From assembly GCA_964035545.1 (NCBI GenBank), contig OZ037773.1, positions 2,633,751 through 2,697,750 on the forward strand: a stretch of DNA of 64,000 bases, in the 5' to 3' direction. The translations under genes were made by a program, and so were the position numbers. This stretch comes from Bugula neritina. Lineage: Eukaryota; Animalia; Bryozoa. Below the pieces are notes generated by a model that was given only the letters and a program-made list of their open reading frames with translations, did no database searches and was not told where the DNA came from. Of this stretch, positions 14,201-25,197 are shown piece after piece. How positions within the stretch are numbered: the stretch's first letter is position 1; every line of letters begins with the position of its first letter.

Positions 14201-17200
14201 AAAAGTAATGAAAATGTATCAAGGAGCATCGTACACTGCTCGTTAGTGCTTTACACCAGTTAGGTGCAGTAATGGAGATTTTGAACATTTGTTTACTAAG
14301 TTGCATTTTGTTGAAAGCTACAACGCTTGTGTTAGATGAATCATACCAACAGTTTAGAAAGTGTAGAAAACTATGGATACATATGTTAGACAAGGGCTGA
14401 CTAGTGTTTCATATTTGTTGAAAGTGTTTGTTAAAGTGTCAGATTTCAATGGTTTATATATATCAACATTTTTGGGAATTGTTGAAACTGTTACACTCGA
14501 CAAAAATCATTGGTAATGCCAGGAAGAAAAAAAATTGTAATTGGAAACTTTCTCTCTGTCACCAAATGAGAACATCTATAGCATACAAACTGCCAACATC
14601 AGTGACTCTCACAGGGTAGTAAACGGTACATATATTCTGATCAACTTCTGAGAGCTCAAAGCCTACACATATACAGCGTATAGCCTGTTGTTAAAATGAT
14701 ATGAAAGTCTACCTACCATTCCTTCGGCCTTTGTCTGTTGTTTTAATGTATTTAGTGGTCATCAAAGGCTTTTCCAATGACTTTCTCTTAGAGCCTACAA
14801 GAAAAACGGACAGAAGCCGAGTTGATAAGAGCTGCGTTTCGACTTCTTGCGCTAGTATGAAAGAGCTTGATAGCGTACCTACAGTTTTTGTGTTTAGTAA
14901 AGTACCTAAGAATTTATTAAGTAGAGTACCCATAGATATTGTATTGAGTAATTTATGAACACATATTGTATTTGTAGAATACCAACAGTTATTGTGTTTA
15001 GTGAAGTATCCACAGAACTAGTAACATACCCACAGAAGATGCAGGGCTGGAGGGCACAGGGCTGGAGGGCACAGGGCTGGAGAGCACAGGGCTGGAGAGC
15101 ACAGGGCTAGAGAGCACAGGGCTGGAGGGCACAGGACTGGAGGGCACAGGACTGGGAGATGCTGGACTCGTTAAACTGGCGCCTGATTTCTTATCTTCCA
15201 GCGAATCTAAAGAGATGCGGGGATGCGTCTCGGCATCATTTTCACCGATTGGTGCCTCAGCTTCACCATGACCTGGGAGACACTCTATTGTAGGGGTATT
15301 CCTCAGCGTAGCCTCTTCAAGGACAAACGTCGACCTCCTAAACCAAATAGAATTTTCAAATCAGGAAAATTAGAAGCCGTTTTGTTAAACAAATATGCTA
15401 GAACAAAATTGCTTTTTGTCGGAAAAAATGTCAACAACTCATGCAGTAAAATGTAAAGTTAGACAGAAACTAGCACCTGTAAAATCAATTAAAAGCGTTG
15501 TTGTGGTTTTAAACTGCCAATTAAGTTGAGAAATGCAGAGCTAAACTGTATATCACACTGTATTCTTAGACTACACCACACAGAAGACATAAAACCTTAA
15601 TTTCATAGAGCTGCAAGGCAAGGAGCAGACTTATCCTAATATGACAAACTTTATGGAGGCTTTTGCTAGTAAAGAATAATTGAAACAGTAACCCAAGTGG
15701 TGCTGACAACTCCCTCTGCAAAGGAGGCTTTTTAAAACCAGAAGCCTTAGAGAACACATATTAATATTTGGAGTTTAGTCCCCTTGCGTTGGAATGAGTA
15801 AGAGTTACGTATGGAGCTAACACTCACCTCATTTGCTCTTGAGTAAGACAAGATACGTCGGCAGGGGGTTTGGCCAGCTCTGAGATGGGTGTCAGTGGTC
15901 CTATACTGTCATCACCAGTAAGGGTGGTGGCAGTGGCGTGACCGCCTTCATTGACTATAAGAAACACGGTATAAAATCAGAGGCTAAACTGAGTAGAGGT
16001 GTACTGCTAAAAATTACTTGAAGATCAAGACAAGTGAAGCTGAATAAACCAACTGAAAGTAACAACTGAAATACATTGCTCTTTGCTCGACTGACCTAAC
16101 CAATACTGTAAAAAGCAGTAAAATGGCTGATTTTTTATTAAATTATAAAACATATAGAGAATAAATCAGTAAAAACTATCTAATTTTGCCCACCTTGACC
16201 TAGAAGAGTTGAATCTCCTAAACACTTCTTGTGATGAGCTTTAGAAAGCGCAGCTCGTAGAGGAGTGAGAATATCTCTGGGTGTGAGCGGGAGAGGTCTG
16301 ATACCTGTAAGAGGTGTTGAGTTGCAGTACCGTATTGATACACTGACAGACTGGGAACTTACAGCCTACGTATACACAGGTTACGACCTGCAGTAGCTTA
16401 TTATGCATGGCATAGTGACTCATGTGTACATAAATAACCCTGCCTTGTTTATTACTGACTTATTAATGCAACATTCTGCTCTACTCATCTAATAATAGCT
16501 GCGACAAAATAGGAATAAAATTTCATGAAGTGTTTCACATATCAATGCTCTATGCACCGAAAGCACTTTGTAAATATAATTGAAACAACTAACAAAATAT
16601 CTAACATTGGCTAAATGGACATTTAGTGACTAAATGGACAAAGCTAAGAGGCACATCAGTGGAACGTACCTGGGGTTTTGATGGTAGGAATAAGTTCACG
16701 GGGTGTCACAGGAGAGTCCGTATTGTAAGTATTGGATCGTCTACGGTGTTTACGCTGAGGGGTTCGCTTAACCCCAGGAGTAAAACATACAGTGTGATTG
16801 GTGGAGACCGAGCAGCCAGGAGGAGAGGAAACAATTCTAAAATGATATCAAATTGAAAAAAAATCCCTAATGTACAGCCACTATTGCCAACTAATTAGCT
16901 AATAGTTATTGGAATATGCATATAATATGTACGATGCATACCTTTCATTATCAACCAGTTCTGGCGATTGGTTCAAATGAGTCAATTGCAGCGATCTTTT
17001 GGCGCCTGAATTTAATTCGCAATTTTCTTGATTTGACGCTATTTTCAATTCAGTGCTGCATCTTTGGGGTTGACTAAAAAAAACATTAGTAACTAGCAGT
17101 TAGTATCCAATAAAAATGCATAAAACTCAATCATTTTTCACGGATAAACTCACAGTAGAAGTATAATTCTCAATTTTAAAAAACTGTAACATATTAAATA

Positions 17201-19832
17201 AAATTTTGTTGAATAAAATATCTTGTAATGTTTCTTAACAAAAGAATACAAGATGCATTAGAGTTGGTGAGTAAATGGCCAAAGATGTAAGCCGAGGAAT
17301 AGAAGTGTTGTGTGGAATACTCACATAAAATTTAGCATACTATCGGTCAGTGTGCGGCACGTCATGTCAATATTTTGGTTTTGTCTTTGAATCGTTTCAT
17401 CTACAAAATATTGGACATAGCAAACCAATCCGACACTTTCCAAGTAGTGAAAGATGAAGAGCCAATATGCGTGTCACGAGGTAAGAAATATAGATGTACT
17501 TTAAACTCAAGTGCCTTTGCATTTTAATTGCTCGATTACTGATCTAGTAGCCGGAATACCAAATACCATCACTATCGTACATTATTTTACCAAGTCAATT
17601 GCCAGATACTGAAAATGGAACACAAGACACAAGTAAGTTTTTAACCCAACTCCCCATCTAATAAATACCAAACTACGATCTTTAGGCTAATAAAACTTAC
17701 TTGCACCATAAAACTATGCAAACACAGTAAAAATTATTCTAACTAAAACATTTTAATGAAGTTTAGTTAGAATAATTCAATTTATTTGCCATCTTTGTAA
17801 GAATAGATGGCAAACCAAAAATAAATCTTAAACAATCATCCAGCTAAAAAATTTGAAGATACTTATAAAATGCGTCAATCAAGCTACTGGAGAGATGAAC
17901 ATATGCTAAGAAATCAAGTTTCTCTCTGTGACTAAACAAGTCTGCACACTCTGATACAGAGCTAACCATTACCAAACATATGGGGTTGAGAACCTCCAAC
18001 CATGGTTCCAGTGGCAAGGTTTTTATGTCTGCCGGCTGTAGAAGAAGTCGGAGCGACATTCTCCTTGTCTGCTGCTTTCTTAGACATCAGTCTAGACTTA
18101 ACAAACGTCTGACTGGAAACTAGGGACTTGGGTTTCATCACTTTCTTCTACAAGATTATTGCTAGTGTTTAAGGGGGAATATTTTACACATAACTAAACA
18201 TACATAAAGATCATGTAAACTTCTTTCATAAACATAAAACATCTTAAAAAAAATTACTGGGTGACCTATATTTTCTAATTATTAGCATGCAGCCAATTCA
18301 ATTTTTAGACAACACGCTGAATTTCGACAAGGGTGAGTAGTTGAATTTACATGACTAAGAACACTTTACCTTAGCTCGAGGGTTTTTCTGGCATTTACCA
18401 AACACCGACATATGCAACCTAAATCTCTTGAAACCATTGTCTGCAATGAACTTGAACACAGCGTGGTGGCCTCCTTCTTCCACCGGCTCCCAGCAGATGG
18501 ACACCATTTGCTAAAATAAAAAAAACTAATGCAAGTTTATAGTCGCATTCCTCGTAAGAAACACCTGATAAAAAAAGGTTTTTTTGTTAAACTGGCTAAG
18601 GACTTTTTTAGATGAGGCACAGGAGCAATTATGACTGGATGCTCTTCCTAACATCACCAATCGGCTTTGTGGGAGTTCGAACCCAAAACTTCGTGTTCAC
18701 TAAGCAAATGCTCTAACCTCTAGACCACGGCTGCTCCCTACCATTTGCTAGACTTAACCGTCCAAAAGTTGCAAAAGAAATTTTTTTTATTGAAAAGTAA
18801 AACAGGCAGGCATCTCCTAATGCTTACATGACTTTCAGCTGGCACGAGTAGCTCTCCCCCCTCAACAGAAAGTGTAAAGTTGTCAGGAATCTTGTCTATG
18901 GTAAGCATGACATCCTCATCTTGCTCATTGATTATTTTGACATATCTTATTCGCCTCTTTCCTGCAACACGTGGTCTCTAATGATTACTATCTGACTTAT
19001 CACAAAATAAAGAGAATACAAATACAGATCTGATACTGAAAGGAGTAAAATCATAGAAGCAAGGAAATCTCAACTTAGCATACGATAAATAGTATCTCTT
19101 GCTAGTAAATCCACAACGTATAAACACCATAGACTACTTAATGAATAAATGCACGTGTATAGATTCATAATGTAAAATGTCAAGCTTATTAAAATTATAA
19201 TGACACTTGTTAATGGAAATCTCATGACAACTCAAGATTTTGCATTTATTTGTGTGAAAATAAAATGATTCGCTATTAGCCAACATAAAAAGAACACAAG
19301 AATACCCTGCACTATCTCGCCAAAGTCTACTTTTGGTGGCCGCGAGAAATGATGTAAAATCATGACATCATAGCTTCTAGGTACTGCATCTTCCGTCACT
19401 GGATTTTCCTCCCTGAAATTAGAATAAAGTATTTTGAATATGTGCAACAAAGATATAAAATATGATATAAGATTAATTTAAATAGTGAAATATGTGTTTA
19501 AATATATTTTAAGCTGAAGTATTTTGCATGCCTGGATTTGAGAAAATGCACACCAGTAATATACACACTGCACTCACACAATACATCTGAAACAGGGTTG
19601 CCAACTGACAACATGATGTGTAATTTCACCTGTGCGAAAAATTATTTTCCACTAAACTTAGAAGTTATCATGTATAATTCCTGAAATTCGTTTTGAATAA
19701 AGCCAGTTGAATCACTAAACAATTCAAATTACACTATATACAATAAAAGTATTGAAATAAAAAACATAAAATACCAACTCACCTGTGAAACGTTGAGTCC
19801 TGCAAGTTTACTTCAAACTGAGCAAAAGACAT
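1740..19832 (-). CDS. ASPM: Abnormal spindle-like microcephaly-associated protein homolog, multi-exon gene (~30 exons; span of CDS)
   Basis: ATG at 19832 ([10 protein letters not shown]..). ASH-domain exons 19412-19306, 18961-18828, 18510-18370 ([18 protein letters not shown]). ASPM motifs: [12 protein letters not shown]|[17 protein letters not shown] (14070-13958, 13429-13329), [14 protein letters not shown] (~11960-11837), [28 protein letters not shown] (9241-9116), CH domain [16 protein letters not shown] (8145-7953). Large IQ exon 6694-3957, C-terminal exons ~2895-2703 and 2335-2183, last exon 1910-1740 ending TGA. Some exon boundaries in the disordered N-terminal region are approximate. 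Confidence 0.95.
1985..2062. repeat. Short ~21-bp tandem repeat (TCACATGAxxAAGCACTTG-like) in the last ASPM intron
   Basis: Four imperfect copies of TCACATGA..CTTG. Confidence 0.6.
3957..6694 (-). CDS. ASPM: ASPM large IQ-repeat exon (~2.7 kb)
   Basis: The 952-aa ORF is made of tandem IQxxxR motifs (e.g. [19 protein letters not shown]). It is bounded by an AG acceptor near 6695 and a GT donor near 3956. Confidence 0.93.
9415..9662. repeat. Intronic minisatellite (GTGTTGAGAG(AGAG)T/CAA, 13-17 bp units)
   Basis: Tandem copies are directly visible and abut an ASPM donor site. Confidence 0.85.
9845..11305. repeat. ~1.45-kb compound trinucleotide tract (ACT)n/(GCT)/(ACC) filling an ASPM intron
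   Basis: Directly visible. It produces the spurious poly-T/L/Y/V ORFs. Confidence 0.97.
11445..11645. repeat. Intronic ~36-bp minisatellite (CAGCCTACAACAGTAGTGTATACACAGTATGTACTA)
   Basis: About 5 imperfect copies adjoining an ASPM acceptor. Confidence 0.75.
12785..13312. repeat. Intronic 19-bp minisatellite (ACTACACAGTATAGTATAC)n
   Basis: More than 20 copies, with one short internally inverted unit near 13225-13240. Confidence 0.92.
15043..15155 (-). repeat. Coding 15-bp tandem repeat in an ASPM exon encoding (SSPVP/L)n
   Basis: AGGGCTGGAG(G/A)GCAC x7 lies in an open exon 15337-15029 reading ..[47 protein letters not shown]. Confidence 0.8.
18593..18738 (-). mobile_element. tRNA-derived SINE, family 2 (tRNA head plus conserved central body)
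   Basis: Minus strand has A box (GTGGTCTAGAGG), B box (GGTTCGAACTC) and body GGTGATGTTAGGAAGAGCATCCAGTCATAATTGCTCC. Related copies lie at 61373-61490 and ~46505-46580. Confidence 0.75.
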
Positions 19833-20169
19833 GTTGCTTTTATATATATTTCAATTTTTTTTAGCTGTAATTGTATCTACAAACAATGAAGTGCAACAAC
19901 TAGATTGTTTTTTAAATAACTATACAAGTTAAACTCATACTGAAACTGCCACTTTTTTAGAGTATGGTTGCTTTATATAACTCCAAATTAAAATAGTATA
20001 AATTTCATTATAATAACTAATAAACATTATGCTTATTTATTGAACCACTTTCATGAGTATAGATTATAACAACTGGATATTACATAATTAGCAATTATTA
20101 CTTTTACATTACTTAAGTAATAGTAATCTATTTGCTAATGGTAATTGCATATTTGATATAGCATTACGT

Positions 20170-20320
20170 TTACTAGGTCTAGTACTATTACTAGTGGTAG
20201 TAGTAGTAGTACAACGTCTACTCAGTCTACTACTAAGATTAAGGACTACTAGAACAGCTACCTGTACTAATAGTAATACTAATACTAGTGATACTAATAG
20301 TAATACAATGTGTTAGCCGT

Positions 20321-20362
<42 letters not shown>

Positions 20363-20540
20363 ACTCAAAGTACTACCACTACTACTACTACTAGTACTAG
20401 CAGTGCCAGTAGTAGTAGAGTATTAGAGTTAGTAGTATGAGCATCACTATCAGTATGAGTTGAAGTTTGACTCAGTAAATCAAAATGTAATACTAATACT
20501 AATAGTATGGCTATGAGTATGACTATGAGTACGAGTATAA
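20170..20540. repeat. Degenerate (ACT/AGT)n low-complexity region upstream of ASPM
   Basis: CTACTA/GTAGTA/ATACTA runs are visible. Confidence 0.7.
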
Positions 20541-21993
20541 AAATTATAATTTAAATTATATTTATATTAATTTAATAAAGACCACCGCCACGTAGTCTCA
20601 ACTTTCAGCCCCACAGTTACTTTATAAAAAACTATTTGAACGTAAAACAAATCTTAAGCGCAAAGTTAAGTTGAAGTTTAACTTTAACCAAAATGAAAAT
20701 GAGAAAATCATTGAAATGTGAAAACTGAAATGCCACAGTGACAGGCACAGGGAAATCGGTATCAATATAAAAATCTATCTTGAAAGTTGAATATCAATAT
20801 GAATTTAACAAAATTACCACCTTCTCTAACCAGTATTGGACATATTTATTGCCGTAAAATCTATTGAATAACTTTTAATAATTTACTCGGTAAAGTTTGT
20901 TTTCTAATCAGTATTATCACCATTAGTATTATGGTCACTGGAATGTAAATCCATTAAAATAACTGAAAAATTACGGGCTGATATTTTAAAAACTTCGCGA
21001 AAACTGTATCTCATTTACCTCTTCTAACACAAAATTATCTATTCTGTTTGTTTGTTATTATGTTATAAAAAGATATCAGTGAAACATTTTTGTGATGGTT
21101 ATCCCGTTAACGTGTGGACAACTCCCAAGATTACGCATAGATTATAAGATGCGCTATACATAATATTTTAATTAATTGAAATTTGCTATGTCGTGATAAC
21201 TCTGATTATCAAACCAAGTTTTACAAATATGCTGCATATCTACACGGCAAAAAAATTCTTGCTGTTCAAAATAGAATTCGAGAAAAAATTTAAAGAAAAA
21301 CATGTTAATGGAACTAAAAAATATACAATATGACCTAATACAAACTTTTGACAATTGGGAAATAAACCTTTATAATAGAGTTGTGACTTGAAAATGGAGA
21401 AAAACATACTATGCTTTGCAATTTTTCTCTTGAGTGAACCTTTATTTCTTTTGCACTAAATAATTACTGCTGCTAAAATTCTATTGACCAATTAAATAGT
21501 GCTTATCGTAGTTGTGAGTTTTCATCCATCATCATCGTTGTGTACACCCAACGAAGACGATTTCGTTGGAATTTCCTCAAATCACTGCACTTAGTGATCA
21601 CCAAATTGGTGTTGCTTCTAGATTTGGCATTTCATTGAGTCTATAAAGGACATGAGAGAATACACTGTGGTTTCATTCTATTTAGACGATTCCAACTTAG
21701 AGGCTTTTTTAATTTGGTACAATATATATAGTAATATACATATATAACTATTGCATTTACTGCTAAACATGAAATAAGCTACAAAACCAGCTATTTGCTT
21801 TAACTCAATACTAATTTAGCTGCAGTTTATTTTATTTAGGTTTTTGGTAAGAACAGCACGTTAGACAAAAAATTTTCAAGTAGCAATATTTTACATGGTT
21901 TTATTTTAGTTTTTTAGTTTATAAAAAAGGCTATAAAAGGCTTTATAAAATATAAAAGTTTATATCAGTAATCAATAATTTATCACGGAACCA

Positions 21994-22149
21994 ACAAAAG
22001 TAATCAAAAAAGGCCGAGGACTCAACCTTATACACAGAAGCTACAGGCATAAGAAAGATACCATTTGTGGATCAAAACAGCATTGGAGATGTGTGGAGGT
22101 TGGCTGCCCTGGCATTGTGCACACAGAGCTGCAATATAGCAGTATGTGA
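21994..22149 (+). pseudogene. FLYWCH zinc-finger fragment, probable Mutator/MULE-type transposase remnant
   Basis: Translates KKGRGLNLIHRSYRHKKDTICGSKQHWRCVEVGCPGIVHT*, matching the L..xY....WxC..gC....T FLYWCH pattern. It is truncated by a stop and has no ATG context. Confidence 0.6.
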
Positions 22150-22187
22150 TATAGGTACCATGGAATGTATTTGTGCCTTTTATTTTG

Positions 22188-22355
22188 TTATTGGTTTCTG
22201 GTAAAATGGCAAAGGTAAAAATAGAAAAGTTAGTAAAAATGACACATTTTTTAATATATTATAGGAGTTTGGAAAAATTTAACGTCACTGTGCCATTTTT
22301 ACCAACTTTTCCACTTGTGCCACTTTACAGTGCCATTTTTACCAGAAACCAATAA
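22188..22355. mobile_element. Small MITE-like element with ~24-bp terminal inverted repeats
   Basis: TTATTGGTTTCTGGTAAAATGGCA (22188-22211) and TGCCATTTTTACCAGAAACCAATAA (22331-22355), with internal GTGCCA(T/C)TTT subrepeats. Confidence 0.6.
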
Positions 22356-22547
22356 TAGAATTTTTAATAAATCTTTTAATATATCACTTAATAAACATAT
22401 TTGATATTTTTTTTATTATATTTTGTCTATCTTTTACCTTTAAGTTTAAGGTTTGTGCAAGATGGCTTCTTATAGAAGCATTGTTACTGTACGTGGCTTG
22501 CTGACGTCTTCTTTGCTTTCTATTATGTGCTGAATAATAGCATAAAA

Positions 22548-22550
<3 letters not shown>

Positions 22551-22639
<89 letters not shown>
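22551..22639. repeat. (AT)n microsatellite
   Basis: Directly visible. Confidence 0.97.
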
Positions 22640-22640
<1 letters not shown>

Positions 22641-23151
22641 TTACTAAATATTGTACTTACTCTACTCTACTTACTATACTGTACTTACTATATATTGTAC
22701 TTACTATACTATACTTACTATACTGTATGTACACTGTAGATATCAGCTAGGGCTGAAACAGTCATCACTTATGCCATACTTGATGGATATCCAGATGGTG
22801 TATTTACCAGGTGAAAATAGTACCTGCTTGTAAGTGGCATAGTTCTTAACACTCACCTGATGGCTAGTATACCTGTTGACCTGTACCAACAGGTAGCTAC
22901 TTAGTAACTAATCATTACTATCTTTTTATGATGTCCGCTTTATAAGTTGCATAAATTACTGTGCGTATGACTAATAAATATTTTTAAATCTTTTTGCATT
23001 TCTATAAGAGATGATAGAGAAGTGTGTGCAGTTGAATATAAGGTGGGTACAGTGGTACCTGAAATATTAGTGTAATTACTTTACCTAATAAAGTAATAAA
23101 TCAACAATGTTTCTCGTATACCTATTTATAATCAAATTGCTAGCTCGTAAA

Positions 23152-23155
23152 GATA

Positions 23156-23240
<85 letters not shown>

Positions 23241-23250
23241 TATATATATA
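23152..23250. repeat. (AT)n microsatellite
   Basis: Directly visible. Confidence 0.97.
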
Positions 23251-23257
23251 AAGTGTA

Positions 23258-23945
23258 GGCTAACAAAAGAGTATGATATATAACATAATGTATATAATAA
23301 TTCAAAAAGTAAAATTTTTGACATGTTCCAATGCAGTTACTTTCCATTGTAGAACTTTTCAATGATGGTTCTCAGTCAGCCTCTGCAGTCTTGCCAAATG
23401 CTTTATTGACACTACATGCCTTACTGCTGGTTCAATTTCTAGCTGGGAAAGACTTCTATCTTCTGTAAATAACAATGATAGAAAGCAATTGGCCAGATGC
23501 ACTGATCTAATATGTGTCTTTCATTTGTTATTTATTGAAATTGTCAAATGAAATTTAAAAGAAGTTTAACAGAATATATTACTATTAAGATTTATAATTT
23601 TTGTGTGCAAAACAATCTACAGATACTTGTTTATGTTTTAGCTTTTGAACTCTGTTTTTTTATTTCTAGTAAGAACATTTTGCGCTGGTTCTCATTTGTT
23701 TATATACATGTACTAGAAATAATAATGTGCACGCACTTTTATGGTAAATTTATATGCATATTTATACTAACAGTGGTCTACACCCTAAACTACTGGAGAA
23801 TAATTTATTAAAGCTCATGCAGCATGCATACCTGTACTGGTAAAACATTATCAAACAAATAGCTCAGTATATAATGATTGTTTATAGTATATTATAATAA
23901 TGCAGAGCTATGTAACATAGTAGAATTGCAATAATAATATTTCCT
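23258..23945 (+). repeat. Duplicated non-coding block, copy 1 (upstream of gene A)
   Basis: Colinear with 30118-30802. Shared segments include GCTTTATTGACACTAC, CCTTACTGCTGGTTCA.TTTCTAGCTGGGAAAGACTTCTAT and GGTCTACACCCTA.ACTACTGGAGAATAATTTATTAAA. Confidence 0.85.
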
Positions 23946-24052
23946 AATGAATGATAACTGAACATCTTTGTGAATTCAATTGCTAATATTTTGTTATTTG
24001 GTGGAATGGTACAATAATGCAGCAATATGATAAGCTATTAGGAACAAATATT

Positions 24053-24115
24053 ACACACACGCACACACATACGCAAACACATACGCACACATATACGCGC
24101 ACACACACACACACA

Positions 24116-24175
<60 letters not shown>

Positions 24176-24362
24176 CACCTACGCACACACCTACGCACAC
24201 ACCTACGCACACACCTACGCACACACCTACGCACACACCTACGCACACACCTACGCACACACCTACGCACACATATACGCACAAACATGCACACACATGC
24301 ACACACATGCACACACATACGCACACACATACGCACACACATACGCACACACATACGCACAT
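24053..24362. repeat. Compound (CA)n/(CACG)n/(ACACACCTACGC)n tract
   Basis: Directly visible. Confidence 0.95.
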
Positions 24363-25197
24363 AGTATATAAGTATTATCTGACAAAAGAGTTAGAGAAAA
24401 GCATCTTACAGGTGCATCAGAGCAGAAACTTATACTCACGCAAGTTTGCAGAAACTTATACAATATCTCTTATAATAAAAATAATTGCCAATTGGCAACA
24501 AATCTTGCAATAAAGCTATGGTTTAATGAAAAAATATATTCTGCCTTGCATTTCTTCTCTCAGTCAATCATTTTGTGCTCTTTATAAGATTATATTACTT
24601 AAAGTGAAACTAGAAATAAACCAAAAAGACTTCAATTTTCTAATATTCCATATATTTGTTCGCCAAAAGTTCCATAAAAGTAGAAAGAGATGGTTAATTG
24701 GTCTATGATGATGATAACACACTTAGGTAAGATTGAAGCAATATTGCTATCAGCAAAAATTGATACTGCGATGGGCAGTTTTGGTCGAATTAGTGAAAAT
24801 GAATTGTGTTTACTGCAATAGTAATATCATATGTATTTTTAAAACATGCAATGTCCCTTATATATCTCATTATAAGTTATAGCTTGTTTATATATTATAT
24901 ATCTGTAACCTTATCTCAACTATTGTTTGCTCCCACTAGGGATTAAACCACAGACTAGTCTGTTTGTCAGCTGATGTTAACCAAACCATTATAGGACAGG
25001 AGCTACTGAAGCATCACATTGCGATAACAATTGACTATATTGAAGTTATAAATAGATATGTTTTAGTACAATTAGTCTTTTGTATAAATTGTTTGTTTTA
25101 TTGTTGATGTAGGATTCTTGAAATACCAGAGGAGAATGATTATGCAGGCTGCCTTACATTGTGGCTGCAGGTCAGCTGAGTTAAAAACTCTCTGAGT

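Noticed and set aside
23320-23465. Possible minus-strand coding exon in the duplicated block
   Set aside because: Stops occur in all frames in at least one copy; no conserved ORF.
22527-24513. YIYI, CVCV, THTH and RCVR ORFs (also at 31.5, 42.0 and 52.1 kb)
   Set aside because: Translations of microsatellites.
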